A stretch of 42,779 nt of DNA, taken from IMG/VR virus record IMGVR_UViG_3300045988_181578, one strand, 5' to 3'. This DNA is from a virus. The notes beneath the pieces are model-generated. The model was not told the origin of the DNA. It made no database searches and saw only the letters and a list, made by a program, of their open reading frames with translations. Within the stretch, counting starts at the first letter, position 1; each line of letters starts with the position of its first letter. Made by a program: the position numbers and the translations under genes. Shown here one piece after another: positions 16,339 to 26,588 of this stretch.

Positions 16339-17472
16339 ATGTCAAAGATTGAAGACGATAACGGCTTTTGGCTTTGCAACGATAGTAATATCAGCAAAGT
16401 CGGCGTTTTTGCGTATCTTGGTCGCGAGATTTCACCGAAACTCGAAGCGGACAAGATTTATTACGTTTACCGCCCCGCCGATGAATTGTTTTCTCAAGAA
16501 ACGATTGACAGCTTTAAATCGGTCGTTCCCTTGACTGATGAACACGAAATGCTGGGAAAAGATTATACCCCCGCCGAATCAAAAGGTGTCGAGGGCGTTG
16601 TTTTTGACCCGCATCCGTCGGATGACGGCTTGTACTTAAAGGGAAACGTTAAGATTTTTTCCGAACGTATGAAGCACTTGTTAAATCGGGGCAAAAAGGA
16701 ACTCTCAATGGGTTATTTTTGCGATTACGATTTAACGGCGGGTGAATTTAACGGGCAACATTATGACGTTGTTCAAAGGAATCTTCGGGCAAACCACGTT
16801 GCGTTGGTTGACAGAGGTCGCTCTGGCTCTGATGTCCGAGTGTTTGACAGGGCGGTGGTGTATGACAAAGAACCTATGGAGTTGACAAAAATGACGAAAA
16901 CGATTGTCAAAGATTCCGAAGTCGATAAGCGCAAGGACATCAGCGAAGTTGAAGCTATGCTTTACGAAGCGAAAAAAGACCCTGCGAAATTGACCGACGA
17001 ATTGATTAAAACCATTGTCGGGAAAATGGAAACAAATTCCTACAATGACTCCGAACGCTCTGCCGATGACAAAGCGTGCGGGGATGAAGACACGGAAAAT
17101 AAGGAAGAAGCGAAAGACGAAGACGAACCAGAAAAAGAAGACGAAAAGAAAGCTATGGACGCTGAAATCAAGTCTTTGAAAAAGGCGTTGGACTCTCTGC
17201 CGAAAGAAATGGCGAAAGCCGCCTCTTTTGCTGAAAAAGTGGCAAAGAAAATCGGCACTTTTGATTCTGCGGGTATGTCCGTGCAGGAAATTGCGGAATA
17301 TGCTTGCGGCAAATTGGGTATCAAATGCGCCGCCGCCGATTCCGTCGCAACGTTGAACGGCTATTTAATGGCTTCTCGCGAAGATGAAACCTACTCGATT
17401 TCTGACAAGAAATCGGCTATGGATTCCGCTTCCTCTATGGATGCCGATTTGGTCGCCTATTTGAAAGGGTAA
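16339..17472 (+). CDS. putative prohead protease / scaffold fusion (DUF2213-like N-terminus, acidic coiled-coil C-terminus)
   Basis: Sits between portal and capsid genes. C-terminal half is acidic and helical (EDTENKEEAKDEDEPEKEDEKK). Confidence 0.4.
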   Translation: MSKIEDDNGFWLCNDSNISKVGVFAYLGREISPKLEADKIYYVYRPADELFSQETIDSFKSVVPLTDEHEMLGKDYTPAESKGVEGVVFDPHPSDDGLYLKGNVKIFSERMKHLLNRGKKELSMGYFCDYDLTAGEFNGQHYDVVQRNLRANHVALVDRGRSGSDVRVFDRAVVYDKEPMELTKMTKTIVKDSEVDKRKDISEVEAMLYEAKKDPAKLTDELIKTIVGKMETNSYNDSERSADDKACGDEDTENKEEAKDEDEPEKEDEKKAMDAEIKSLKKALDSLPKEMAKAASFAEKVAKKIGTFDSAGMSVQEIAEYACGKLGIKCAAADSVATLNGYLMASREDETYSISDKKSAMDSASSMDADLVAYLKG

Positions 17473-17477
17473 AGAAA

Positions 17478-17957
17478 ATGGCTTTGCAGAAAGTTATTAA
17501 CACGAAGCTTGCCGCTGGCGTTGAAGGCGGTTTGTATGACGATTCCCCGCGTCGCGCGGAATCGAAACGTTTGCACGCTAATGCTGGTATTGCCGCCGCT
17601 TTGGGTCGCGCTTTTACGCAAGGTGCTACCGAAGACGACGTTACGGTCGGCGGCGAGGGTGCTTTTGCAGGTATCGCGCTGAACGACGGCACGGTTGCTT
17701 TGCACGGTGGCTTGGCGGCGACGTTGGAAGTTTTGGACGGCACGGTTGCTTCTGTCGCCCGTTTTGCTCACGTTTGGGTTAAATCCGAAACGGCGGCGGC
17801 GATTGGCAACATTGCGGCTTATGCCAAAGACACGGGCAAAATTTCCGCTTATGCGGCGACTGCCAATGTCCCCGAAACTCACGTTGAAATTCCCCACGCT
17901 ACTTTCCGTTCCAGTGGTGCGGCGGGCGAATTGGTGAAACTGGAACTTGGTGATTAA
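17478..17957 (+). CDS. Ala/Gly-rich head-associated structural protein (possible decoration protein)
   Basis: 159 aa, beta-rich Ala/Gly composition, lying between the protease/scaffold and capsid genes. Confidence 0.35.
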   Translation: MALQKVINTKLAAGVEGGLYDDSPRRAESKRLHANAGIAAALGRAFTQGATEDDVTVGGEGAFAGIALNDGTVALHGGLAATLEVLDGTVASVARFAHVWVKSETAAAIGNIAAYAKDTGKISAYAATANVPETHVEIPHATFRSSGAAGELVKLELGD

Positions 17958-17971
17958 GGAGTATTATTCAA

Positions 17972-19024
17972 ATGATTACCTCTGAATCGAAAGTGAAAGT
18001 TTCTCTGTCGCCGAAACAGGTTCGTCCTGTTGAAGACAAAATGTCCGATGCCGCTTTGCAGGCGTTGGGTATCGGTGTCGGCGCGATGGACGCTTTGCCC
18101 GCTATGATTACGGCGGCGAATACTGGCACGCCCGTGCAGTTCTTGCAGACGTGGTTGCCGAAAGCGATTTATATCGCGACTTCCGCCCGTAAAGCTGACG
18201 ACCTGTTGGGGCGAAACATTATCGGGCGTTGGGAAGATGAAGAAATCGTCCGTAAGGTCGTTGAACGTTTGGCGCAGGCGCGTCCTTACGGCGACACTAC
18301 GAACGTTCCTCTGGCTGACCACAACGTCAACTTTGAAACGCGTTCGGTTGTCCGTTTGGAAATGGGCTACGAATCCACGATGTTGGCTTCCGCCCGTTCG
18401 TCTGCGATGCAGATTGATTCCGATGCGGAAGACCGTACGGCGGTTGCCGAATCTTTGGCTATCGGCTTGAACGATATTGCGTTCTACGGCTATAACAACG
18501 GCTCGAACAACACTTACGGTTTGTTCAATGACCCGAATCTGCCGAACTACGTTAATGTTCCCGCTGGCGCGGCTGGCGAAACAACGTGGGCGACCAAAAC
18601 GTTCTTGGAAATCACAAAAGATATTATCGCGATGATTTCCGCCGTTCCCGCCGTTCAGGCGAACTTGGTTGACCCGAAAGCCGATGATTTCACGTTAGTT
18701 GTTCCGCCGCAGGCTGAAATTTACCTGTCGACTCCGTCGTCGGAATACGGTAAAACGGTTATCGGCTGGTTGAGCGAAAACTACCCGAAATGCTCCGTGA
18801 AGACTGCCAAACAAATGGCGGGAGCGAACGGCGGTTCGGATGTCGCTTACCTGTTCTTTGAACGTATGAATGGCGATAAAGTCGTCAATCAGGATGTTCA
18901 GGCGACGTTCTTCTTTGTCGGTTTTGAAAAGAAAGCGAAAGGTCGCGTTGAAGATTATTCGGCGGCGACTTCTGGCTTCTTCTTGGCACAGCCGACGGGA
19001 TTGGTGCGTTTCTCGGGCATCTAA
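17972..19024 (+). CDS. major capsid protein
   Basis: 350 aa. Position in the head module. RBS aaggag. Confidence 0.6.
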   Translation: MITSESKVKVSLSPKQVRPVEDKMSDAALQALGIGVGAMDALPAMITAANTGTPVQFLQTWLPKAIYIATSARKADDLLGRNIIGRWEDEEIVRKVVERLAQARPYGDTTNVPLADHNVNFETRSVVRLEMGYESTMLASARSSAMQIDSDAEDRTAVAESLAIGLNDIAFYGYNNGSNNTYGLFNDPNLPNYVNVPAGAAGETTWATKTFLEITKDIIAMISAVPAVQANLVDPKADDFTLVVPPQAEIYLSTPSSEYGKTVIGWLSENYPKCSVKTAKQMAGANGGSDVAYLFFERMNGDKVVNQDVQATFFFVGFEKKAKGRVEDYSAATSGFFLAQPTGLVRFSGI

Positions 19025-19051
19025 ACTTAAACAACAAAAGGGAGTATTCTT

Positions 19052-19426
19052 ATGGTTTACATTTTTTCGACTTTAACGGGCGGGCAAGATTATTGCTTGT
19101 ACGAACGCATCGGAAACGGGAATGTGATTTTGAAAAAGAAAATCAGCATTAACGGCGGCGCGAACGTTGCAAACAAAAAACTGTATACGCCCAAAGGTGT
19201 GGTTACTTCGGTTTCTGATGAGGATTATGAAGTCTTAAAGCAGATTCCCGAATTCAACAATCACGTTGCGCGCGGCTTCTTGAAAGTCCAAAAGGCGAAA
19301 CAGGATGCCGATGAAGCGGTACACGACTTGCAAGAAAAGGACGCTACCGCTCCGTTGACCGAACAGAGTTTGTCGGGTGTCGATGAAGTCGAATCGGGCA
19401 ATAAGCGCAAGCGGAAAAACAAATAA
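19052..19426 (+). CDS. hypothetical head-associated protein
   Basis: RBS ggag. 124 aa. Confidence 0.4.
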   Translation: MVYIFSTLTGGQDYCLYERIGNGNVILKKKISINGGANVANKKLYTPKGVVTSVSDEDYEVLKQIPEFNNHVARGFLKVQKAKQDADEAVHDLQEKDATAPLTEQSLSGVDEVESGNKRKRKNK

Positions 19427-19437
19427 GGATACTTCCT

Positions 19438-19839
19438 ATGTCTTGCACGGTGTCGGTAAGTGTTGAGGGATTTAGGGCTACGTTTCCTGTTTTCACGCAG
19501 GAATCGTATCCCGATTCCGTCGTTTCCGCATATCTTGGAAACGCTCAAAATTATGTTTCAAACATCAATTACGGGCGGTTGCGGGACACGGCGCGGGAGT
19601 ATGCCATTTATTTAATGACCGCGCACTTATTGACATTGAAAGACAGAATAGAGCAAAGCGGAAGCGGGTTTATCGGATATGAAACGTCGGCGCGTGTCGA
19701 TAATGTTTCTGTTTCGTTAGCCCCGCCGCTTTCCCGCAATGAATTGGAACGTTGGTTTGAGTTGTCGGGGTACGGATTGGAATTGCGTGCCTTGTTGATG
19801 ACAAGGGCTTGCGTTCCGTTTTGGATTAAAGCGCAATGA
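19438..19839 (+). CDS. putative head-tail connector / adaptor (DUF4054-like)
   Basis: Position after the capsid gene. 133 aa. Confidence 0.4.
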   Translation: MSCTVSVSVEGFRATFPVFTQESYPDSVVSAYLGNAQNYVSNINYGRLRDTAREYAIYLMTAHLLTLKDRIEQSGSGFIGYETSARVDNVSVSLAPPLSRNELERWFELSGYGLELRALLMTRACVPFWIKAQ

Positions 19840-20249
19840 AACAATTAAAAGTCGGTTTCTTTGGTGATGATAAAGAGGAAAACGGCGAATCTGTCGCAAA
19901 GGTTGCGCGCAGGCAGGAAAACGGGGCGATTATAAAGGGTTTTAACGGAAATGATGTACTTGTCCCAGCCCGTCCTTTTATGCGCCCGTGCGCCCTTGAA
20001 AACGCGGGGAAATGGAAAGAACTGTTTGCCGATTTGATAAAAAAGCACGGCTTGTCAAATTTACAAACAGTTTTTGAAGAATTAAGCAAGGTTGTCGAAC
20101 AGGATTTAAAGGATTCAATTAATTCTGTTTATTCGCCGCCGCTTTCTGAACGAACTTTAAGGAATCGTCGGAAGCACGGAAATACAAGCGACAAGCCTTT
20201 GATTGACACGGGAACGATGATTAACAGCGTGAAAAGTGAGATAAAATAA
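19836..20249 (+). CDS. HK97 gp10-like head-tail joining protein
   Basis: C-terminal PLIDTGTMINS resembles the gp10-family DTG motif. ATGA coupling. Confidence 0.45.
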   Translation: MKQLKVGFFGDDKEENGESVAKVARRQENGAIIKGFNGNDVLVPARPFMRPCALENAGKWKELFADLIKKHGLSNLQTVFEELSKVVEQDLKDSINSVYSPPLSERTLRNRRKHGNTSDKPLIDTGTMINSVKSEIK

Positions 20250-20638
20250 TGTCGGCTTTGATTACAAAAAATCTGCTTTCCCGTGCTTTGAATATAATCC
20301 CGCCAGTTTCAATAACGGTTTTTAAGTTTCTTGGAAACACAATCACGGATTACGGACAGGCTATCCCGTCGTTTGACGAGGGGACTGTTTATCCGAAGTC
20401 ATCTGTACAGCCGCTTCAAAATGCGATTTATACGCAGCTCGGTCTTGATTTTCAGAAAGAATACAAGTCGGTTTATGTGAACTGCCAACTTAACGGCACA
20501 GACAAGCAAGAAACGCCCGATTACGTTGTTATTAATGGCGAAAGGTGGAACGTCTTTAAAGGGAACGACTGGCAGTCTTACGACGGCTGGTCATCCGCCA
20601 TTGTCGTTAAACAGATAGGTGAAGACGATGCTCCGTAA
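20249..20638 (+). CDS. putative neck / tail completion protein
   Basis: Position in the connector module; TAATG overlap. Confidence 0.35.
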   Translation: MSALITKNLLSRALNIIPPVSITVFKFLGNTITDYGQAIPSFDEGTVYPKSSVQPLQNAIYTQLGLDFQKEYKSVYVNCQLNGTDKQETPDYVVINGERWNVFKGNDWQSYDGWSSAIVVKQIGEDDAP

Positions 20639-21167
20639 TGAAAACCAAACATACGCCGATGTTGTCGGCTTTATCAAACAGGCTTTGCAGGATGCGGGAA
20701 TCATGGGATTTTCGATTGTTCAAGCCGACCAAGCGTTGAATTTGTCGATTGATACTGCTGTTGTTCTTGTAGACCGCTTCCATTCCCGCCGCTATGGTTG
20801 GCAGGGACAGAATTATGTCAAAAAAGAAAAATTGAAGCGGATTGTCGATTATTTTCAAGACATCCATTTTCAAATTCGGGCTTTGAAGCGGCGTAAAGGT
20901 GTGCAGGATTCGACTGTTGCGACTTCAAACGATGTTATCCAAGCAATTATTACTTGGTTTCAATCACAAAATGGGATAAAATCCTTAAAGAGTTTGGGTT
21001 ATAATTTGTTGCGGATTACCGATATAAAAGAGGAATCTTTCATCGATAAAACAAACAAATACGAAAAAAGCCCAGAGTTCACGTTGGTCTTGACGTTGTA
21101 TCAGTCATCTGAAACAGAACAAGACGTTATTAACAGCATTGACGGAAACTTTGTAAAGGTGGATTAA
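20628..21167 (+). CDS. putative tail terminator / completion protein
   Basis: ATG 20628 with RBS aggtga. The track's 20619 start is GTG. Lies immediately before the sheath gene. Confidence 0.35.
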   Translation: MLRNENQTYADVVGFIKQALQDAGIMGFSIVQADQALNLSIDTAVVLVDRFHSRRYGWQGQNYVKKEKLKRIVDYFQDIHFQIRALKRRKGVQDSTVATSNDVIQAIITWFQSQNGIKSLKSLGYNLLRITDIKEESFIDKTNKYEKSPEFTLVLTLYQSSETEQDVINSIDGNFVKVD

Positions 21168-22667
21168 ATGGCTATCAGTCAATCAAGATACGTCGCAATC
21201 ACAAGCGGCATCGGGGGGCAGGCGGCGGCTTCTCGTAAGAACATGGGGACTCGCGTTATTTCGACAAATAGCCGTATCCCTACGGGGCATATTTTGGAAT
21301 TTTCGGGTGCCGCATCTGAAATTCTGAAAAATGTCGGTGCTTATTTCGGCACGCAAAGCAAGGAATACGCTTTCGCGGCAAAACAATGCGCCTATGTTTC
21401 AAATGCAATCACTCAAATCAATATGATTTCGTATGCGCGCTTCACGCCCGAAGCGGTCGCGCCTGTTTTGTTGCCGACTGTGAACGCGGCGGCATTGTCC
21501 GTTTTTACGGCTATCGGAGCAGGCTCTTTGACCGTTTCTTTGAATGGCGTTTCTTATGAAATGTCAAATATTGATTTGTCGAAATCTGACAATCTGGCGG
21601 CGGTCGCAACGACTTTGACGGGTAAAATCCGTGAAAACGAAGGTGGCGGCGCAATGTTTACAGGTGCGACGGTTCAGTTTGAAAACGGCGTGTTTGTTTT
21701 GACTGGCGGCGAAACGGGCGTTGCGACTGTTGAATTTGCCGATGACGGCGAATTGGCGACGGCGTTGCGTTGGAATAAAGCGAACGCCCCGATTTTGTCG
21801 AACGGCGCGGCGGCGGAAACAGCGGCGGCGGCTATGGACAGAATCACGAACGTTTCAAATAACTTTGCTTCTTTTGTGTTCTTGCCTGCTTTGACGGAAA
21901 CAGCAGATATTGAAGCCGTTTCGAATTGGGCAACGGTGCAAAATATGCAGTTTGCGTATTCGCATCCCGTTACCAAATTGACGTATTCCGACGTTGTTGC
22001 GGTTACCGAAGGCGGGGCGGCGACAATTCTAACAGATGACGAAAACGCCGATTATGCGGAATACATGCCTTGCGTTTTGGGGGCGACAACGAACTATAAC
22101 GCTGTGAATGGCACGATTTCGCCCATGTTCAAACAGTTCCCGAATGACAAGCCGTCGGTTGAAGACGACGCGACGGCTAATTTGCTTGACCCAAAAAACG
22201 TAAACTACTTGGGTTTGACGCAACAGGCGGGCAAAGGCATTTCGTTCTATCAGCGCGGTTATACGCAGGACGGAACGGATATTGCTGTGTTGTTCAATGA
22301 AATCTGGTTGAAAGATGCAATCACAACGCAGGCGTTTAATTTGTTTTTGGCTTTAAATAAAATCCCCGCCAATGAAGACGGCGTGTCCTTGTTGACAACC
22401 GCTTTGACGAGTATTTTTGACGAAGCGAAAACGAACGGCGTTATTTCCGTTGGAAAGACGCTGACAACGACGCAAAAAGCGTACATTGACCAACTGACTG
22501 GCGAAGCGGAATCGTGGCGCACGGTGCAGGAAAACGGGTATATCTTTATTCCTGTTTTGGCGCAACAAACGATTCAAGGAAAAGACGAATGGGTCTTCAC
22601 CTACACGCTGATTTACGGCAAAGGCGACTCTATCCGTAAGGTCGTCGGTTCTGACATTTTGATTTAA
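21168..22667 (+). CDS. tail sheath protein
   Basis: 499 aa, directly followed by two tube-size paralogs. RBS aaggtgg. Confidence 0.55.
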   Translation: MAISQSRYVAITSGIGGQAAASRKNMGTRVISTNSRIPTGHILEFSGAASEILKNVGAYFGTQSKEYAFAAKQCAYVSNAITQINMISYARFTPEAVAPVLLPTVNAAALSVFTAIGAGSLTVSLNGVSYEMSNIDLSKSDNLAAVATTLTGKIRENEGGGAMFTGATVQFENGVFVLTGGETGVATVEFADDGELATALRWNKANAPILSNGAAAETAAAAMDRITNVSNNFASFVFLPALTETADIEAVSNWATVQNMQFAYSHPVTKLTYSDVVAVTEGGAATILTDDENADYAEYMPCVLGATTNYNAVNGTISPMFKQFPNDKPSVEDDATANLLDPKNVNYLGLTQQAGKGISFYQRGYTQDGTDIAVLFNEIWLKDAITTQAFNLFLALNKIPANEDGVSLLTTALTSIFDEAKTNGVISVGKTLTTTQKAYIDQLTGEAESWRTVQENGYIFIPVLAQQTIQGKDEWVFTYTLIYGKGDSIRKVVGSDILI

Positions 22668-22680
22668 GGGAGTGGAAACA

Positions 22681-23118
22681 ATGGATTATATTTCAGCCGC
22701 TGGCTTTTTTATAACGTTGGTTGCCGATAAAACTTTTCCCGCTGGTATTATTCTGCGTAAATTTGCAGATGATTCCGACCCGTTCGATTTTCCCGATGTT
22801 ACCGTCGCCGAGTACGGTATAGGGTTGAACGGCGATATGGTTGTCTGGCAAAAAGCCGTCCCGCTGCCGATTGATTTGAACGTGCTTCCGAATACCGATG
22901 AAGAAAAAAATTTGTCGGTTTTGTTGGAAGCGAATCGGCAAAAGAAAGGCAAAAACAGCGCGAAAGACGTTATCACGATTACGGCGAATTATCCCGACGG
23001 CACGGTAAAAACGTTGCAGTCTGGCGCGATTCTTGTCGGTTCGCCGATGCAGTCGATTGCGTCTAACGGTCGTATGAAGTCGAAACATTACGGTTTCGTC
23101 TTTGAAAACGTCGCCTAA
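22681..23118 (+). CDS. tail tube protein (paralog 1)
   Basis: FPAGI...FADDSDPFDFPDV...KSKHYGFVFENV is paralogous to the next gene. RBS gggagtgg. Confidence 0.5.
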   Translation: MDYISAAGFFITLVADKTFPAGIILRKFADDSDPFDFPDVTVAEYGIGLNGDMVVWQKAVPLPIDLNVLPNTDEEKNLSVLLEANRQKKGKNSAKDVITITANYPDGTVKTLQSGAILVGSPMQSIASNGRMKSKHYGFVFENVA

Positions 23119-23140
23119 TTAAAATCAAGGGGAAAGTGTT

Positions 23141-23581
23141 ATGTTTAATATATCCGCAGTCGGATTTTCTATGTGGATAAGTGCGACAAACACTTTCCCG
23201 CTTGGTTTTGAGGTTTCTGATTTTGCCGATGATGTTGACCCGTTTGAACTCCCAGACGTTCCTTTGGGTGTCGGTGTAAAAGATTTGAACGCCCGCGTTT
23301 TCTTTCAAAACGTTGCGCCGATTATTCCGATGTACGTTAATGTCATTGCAAATTCGCCGAGCGACAAACGTTTGCAGACGCTTTATAACTCTAATTTGTC
23401 GGCATCAAACAAAGTTTCTAATAGCGACATTATCACTTTGATGTTAAAATACAACGGAAAACGGGACAGCTTGTACGGAAACGGAAAAATGATTATCGGA
23501 ACGCCCGATGTTCCGATTCAATCAAGCGGTCGTTATAGAAGCCGTCGGTACGGTTTCGTTTTCGGGGCAAAGCTTAATTAA
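23141..23581 (+). CDS. tail tube protein (paralog 2)
   Basis: FPLGF...FADDVDPFELPDV...RSRRYGFVFGAKL. Confidence 0.5.
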   Translation: MFNISAVGFSMWISATNTFPLGFEVSDFADDVDPFELPDVPLGVGVKDLNARVFFQNVAPIIPMYVNVIANSPSDKRLQTLYNSNLSASNKVSNSDIITLMLKYNGKRDSLYGNGKMIIGTPDVPIQSSGRYRSRRYGFVFGAKLN

Positions 23582-23594
23582 AGAAGGATAAAGA

Positions 23595-24029
23595 ATGAAA
23601 GAAAAAGATTTTGAAGTGGAAACGTCGGACGGATTGAAAAAAACATTCGTTTTGTCAAAGTTCCCCGCAACAGAGGGACGGCGCATTATGACGCAGTATC
23701 CGATTTCCGCTCTTATCTCAAATACAAAAATCGGTTCGTATGATGACCAAGAACGGCTTATGCTGGACTTGATGTCGTATGTAAAAATTCGCCTTGATGA
23801 CGGTCGGGAAATTCCTTTGAAAACAAAGGATTTGATTAACAATCATTGTGAAGACTGGGAAATGCTTATGAAGATTGAAAGGGAAATGATTGTGTACAAT
23901 TTCTCTTTTTTTCAGAATGGCAAGGGCTTAGACTTTATGCAGAGTCTTCTGGCTCTTGTCGTACAGAGTGTTACCGAAACGTTGATGGGCTTATCGGACA
24001 AATCATCTCACTCGGCGGAGCAACTTTAA
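23595..24029 (+). CDS. tail assembly chaperone; the -1 frame stays open from about 23877 to 24163 (candidate chaperone frameshift product)
   Basis: Position between tube and tape-measure genes. T_TTT_TTT heptamer at 23908-23914 in the 0 frame. The -1 ORF ends 14 nt inside the tape-measure gene. Confidence 0.5.
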   Translation: MKEKDFEVETSDGLKKTFVLSKFPATEGRRIMTQYPISALISNTKIGSYDDQERLMLDLMSYVKIRLDDGREIPLKTKDLINNHCEDWEMLMKIEREMIVYNFSFFQNGKGLDFMQSLLALVVQSVTETLMGLSDKSSHSAEQL

Positions 24030-24149
24030 GGGAATTACAAACGGTTTACGACCTTGAAGACGCGATGACGATATGGGAATCTTTAATCGTTCCAAAGTAT
24101 AATCAATACAAGGCGATTGAAGAAGCAAACAGAAAGCGGAAGTTGCAAA

Positions 24150-25598
24150 ATGGCGGTTACTGACGAATTTGTATATTTGTTCAAGGCAAAGGGCGAAAAG
24201 GACGTTCAAAATGGCGTTGATTCGCTTAAAACCGCCATTGCTGGCTTGCGGAAAGAATATGAAAAACTCGACCGCGAAGCAATGAAAGACCGTGTGGCGC
24301 AAATTCGTGTTGAAACAGCGGAAGAAAAGAAAAAGGGCGTTGTCGAAAAAAATGAAGCCGCCGCCCGTTTGCGTGAATCGAAAGAAAAGTCCGCCGCTTT
24401 GTTGTCAGAGTTAAAAGCAAAGCGGGAGCGTTCAAAACTCGATAAAGATTCTTTTTCTCTTGAAGTTGCAAAGCGCAAAGAACAAGAACGGCAGGAAAAG
24501 AACAAACAATCCGCTTTAAAGAAAGAACGGCAAGAAAAAGAAAAGGCGTTACGCCAAGACGAAAAGCGAGCGGAGTTAGAAAAGGCGGCATTAAAACGTC
24601 AGGCTTTGCTTATTAAAGCGGCGGCGTCCTATGTGGCGTATAAAGCGGTTCAGTTTTACAAGGATACGGCGCAAGAGGCGCAAAACGTAAATGTGTCGTC
24701 TTTTTCGGCGGGTGTAGACGCTACAAGATTGCAAGCAATGGGTCTTGCCGCTAAACGTTTCGGCGGCGACATGGCTACGATGTCAAAAACGTTGCAGGGC
24801 TTAAATCAGACGATTTCCGAATTTAAACTGGGTTTTAACGTCGATAAAGTCGCCCCACTTGCCGCTAAATTCGGCGTTCGTTTGGACGGCGTGGGCGATG
24901 CCGAAACGTTCTTGAGGCGTATCGGCGAATCAATGCAGGGAAAAGATGTTGAAACGCAAAAACTTATCGGGCGTTCTTTCGGATTGGATGAAGCGACAAT
25001 CCAAATGTTGTCGCAGGGCGTTGAAAAATTCTTTGCGTCCGTCAATCAGTTTGAAAAGACAATCCAGTTTAACGATTCGTCTTTGAAAACGTATTCGGAA
25101 GCTCAAAAAGCGTGGCTTGAACTTCAAGACTCTTCGTCAAAAGCAATGACGGAAATTTTTTCGCCTATTGCCAAAGACATAACGCGTTTAATGCAAAGCT
25201 TTTCTCGAATCACAAAAAGCAATGTTTTTATAGGGGATTTGAAAGAAAACATCTATGATATTTGGACAGGTATGACGCTTGGTGCTTTTCGTCCGAAATA
25301 TGATGAAAACTGGAAGAAAGCGGACGAAGCGGAAATTTTCGGAACTATGTTCCCGAAACAGGCGGCAAAGACAATGAACGAAAACATTTCGGCGGGCGAA
25401 AATGTTTTGACAACGCTTAATACATACGGCGGGGCGACAAACAACACGTCCAACACGTTTAATATGAATGCAAATGTAAATGTTTCATCTGGCGGCGAGT
25501 CGGCGGCAATCGGACAAGCGGCGATGTTAGGAACCCAAAATGGGTTGCTTCAAAATGCGGCGCGGCTTCAAACAATGTTGCAGGGGACGGGACAATGA
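24150..25598 (+). CDS. tape measure protein
   Basis: Coiled-coil rich (EEKKKGVVEKNEAAARLRESKEK...). Lies after the chaperone. Upstream alternative ATG at 24117. Confidence 0.55.
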   Translation: MAVTDEFVYLFKAKGEKDVQNGVDSLKTAIAGLRKEYEKLDREAMKDRVAQIRVETAEEKKKGVVEKNEAAARLRESKEKSAALLSELKAKRERSKLDKDSFSLEVAKRKEQERQEKNKQSALKKERQEKEKALRQDEKRAELEKAALKRQALLIKAAASYVAYKAVQFYKDTAQEAQNVNVSSFSAGVDATRLQAMGLAAKRFGGDMATMSKTLQGLNQTISEFKLGFNVDKVAPLAAKFGVRLDGVGDAETFLRRIGESMQGKDVETQKLIGRSFGLDEATIQMLSQGVEKFFASVNQFEKTIQFNDSSLKTYSEAQKAWLELQDSSSKAMTEIFSPIAKDITRLMQSFSRITKSNVFIGDLKENIYDIWTGMTLGAFRPKYDENWKKADEAEIFGTMFPKQAAKTMNENISAGENVLTTLNTYGGATNNTSNTFNMNANVNVSSGGESAAIGQAAMLGTQNGLLQNAARLQTMLQGTGQ

Positions 25599-26293
25599 GT
25601 TTTTTTACATTGAACTTAGCTCAAAATGTTTTAGGCGCAATTTTTTCCAATGACTCTTTCGAGGTTTACCCGTACGTTACGCCTGAAATGTCGTATGGAT
25701 ATACCGACAACGTCGAGTTAAGAACTATTCTTCTTGAGCAAAACAATAAAGTTTTGCGAAAAACTTTTGATACGAAATACTCTTTTAACAAAATAGCGAT
25801 TTTGGATGTTGAAGTTCAAAACCCGTCAAAAATTATGACAACGCCTGTTGAAGACGGTCGTTTTGTCGCCGATTCGAAAATCATTATGCCGAAACGCGCT
25901 GTTGTAAAAATCGGGTTGCCAAGCTCGGCAGGTGATGATTATTTAGCGGTTTTAAGTTCCGCCATATCGGGCGTTTCCGACATTGTTTCGGGAAAGCTGC
26001 CGTCGCCGTTGTATGAAAAAGTTATGACGGGCATAAAGTATGCCTACGACGATTCAATCCCGTTTAACATAAAAACGAAAACTGAACTTTTGCAAAATAT
26101 GATTTTAACGGGTTATCCGCACAAATTCACGGTGGATACTCTTTATCGCGTTATATTGACGCTTGAGTTTGAAGAAGTTATCGTCGTAAAACAGGTTGAA
26201 ACTTTCAAATCGGCGCAGGATTCATTTTTCAAAAAAGTAGGAAATGTTATTTCAAAGAAATTTAGCGGCGCATTATCAAAGATAGGATTATGA
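25595..26293 (+). CDS. putative tail/baseplate assembly protein
   Basis: ATGA coupled to the tape-measure gene. 232 aa. Confidence 0.35.
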   Translation: MSFFTLNLAQNVLGAIFSNDSFEVYPYVTPEMSYGYTDNVELRTILLEQNNKVLRKTFDTKYSFNKIAILDVEVQNPSKIMTTPVEDGRFVADSKIIMPKRAVVKIGLPSSAGDDYLAVLSSAISGVSDIVSGKLPSPLYEKVMTGIKYAYDDSIPFNIKTKTELLQNMILTGYPHKFTVDTLYRVILTLEFEEVIVVKQVETFKSAQDSFFKKVGNVISKKFSGALSKIGL

Positions 26294-26294
26294 A

Positions 26295-26588
26295 ATGGCA
26301 CAAATCATCCCTACAACGAAAACTCCCAATCAAACGTTTTTTGTCGTTCTTGACGGCGTGAACTATGAAATTTCTTTGCAAACATCGCTTGACTTGCTTT
26401 TCATTACGATTGTCGCCGATGAAGAAACTTTGTGTACGAGCGTCGCCGTTTGCAACAATCAGCCGATTCTGTATGATTGTCAGAAACGCGGCGGACAGTT
26501 TTATATGCTTTGCGATGATGAAGATTATCCGTCTTATGACAAATTGGGCGAAAGCGCGAACTTGATTTATGTGAGTGATTCGGAATGA
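26295..26588 (+). CDS. hypothetical tail-module protein
   Basis: 97-aa ORF in the tail module. Confidence 0.35.
   Translation: MAQIIPTTKTPNQTFFVVLDGVNYEISLQTSLDLLFITIVADEETLCTSVAVCNNQPILYDCQKRGGQFYMLCDDEDYPSYDKLGESANLIYVSDSE

Noticed and set aside
17435-18322. Minus ORFs 17435..17743, 17457..17897, 17954..18322 and plus 17695..17937, 18237..18470
   Set aside because: They overlap head-module genes. Ala/Gly-rich DNA gives long spurious antisense ORFs.
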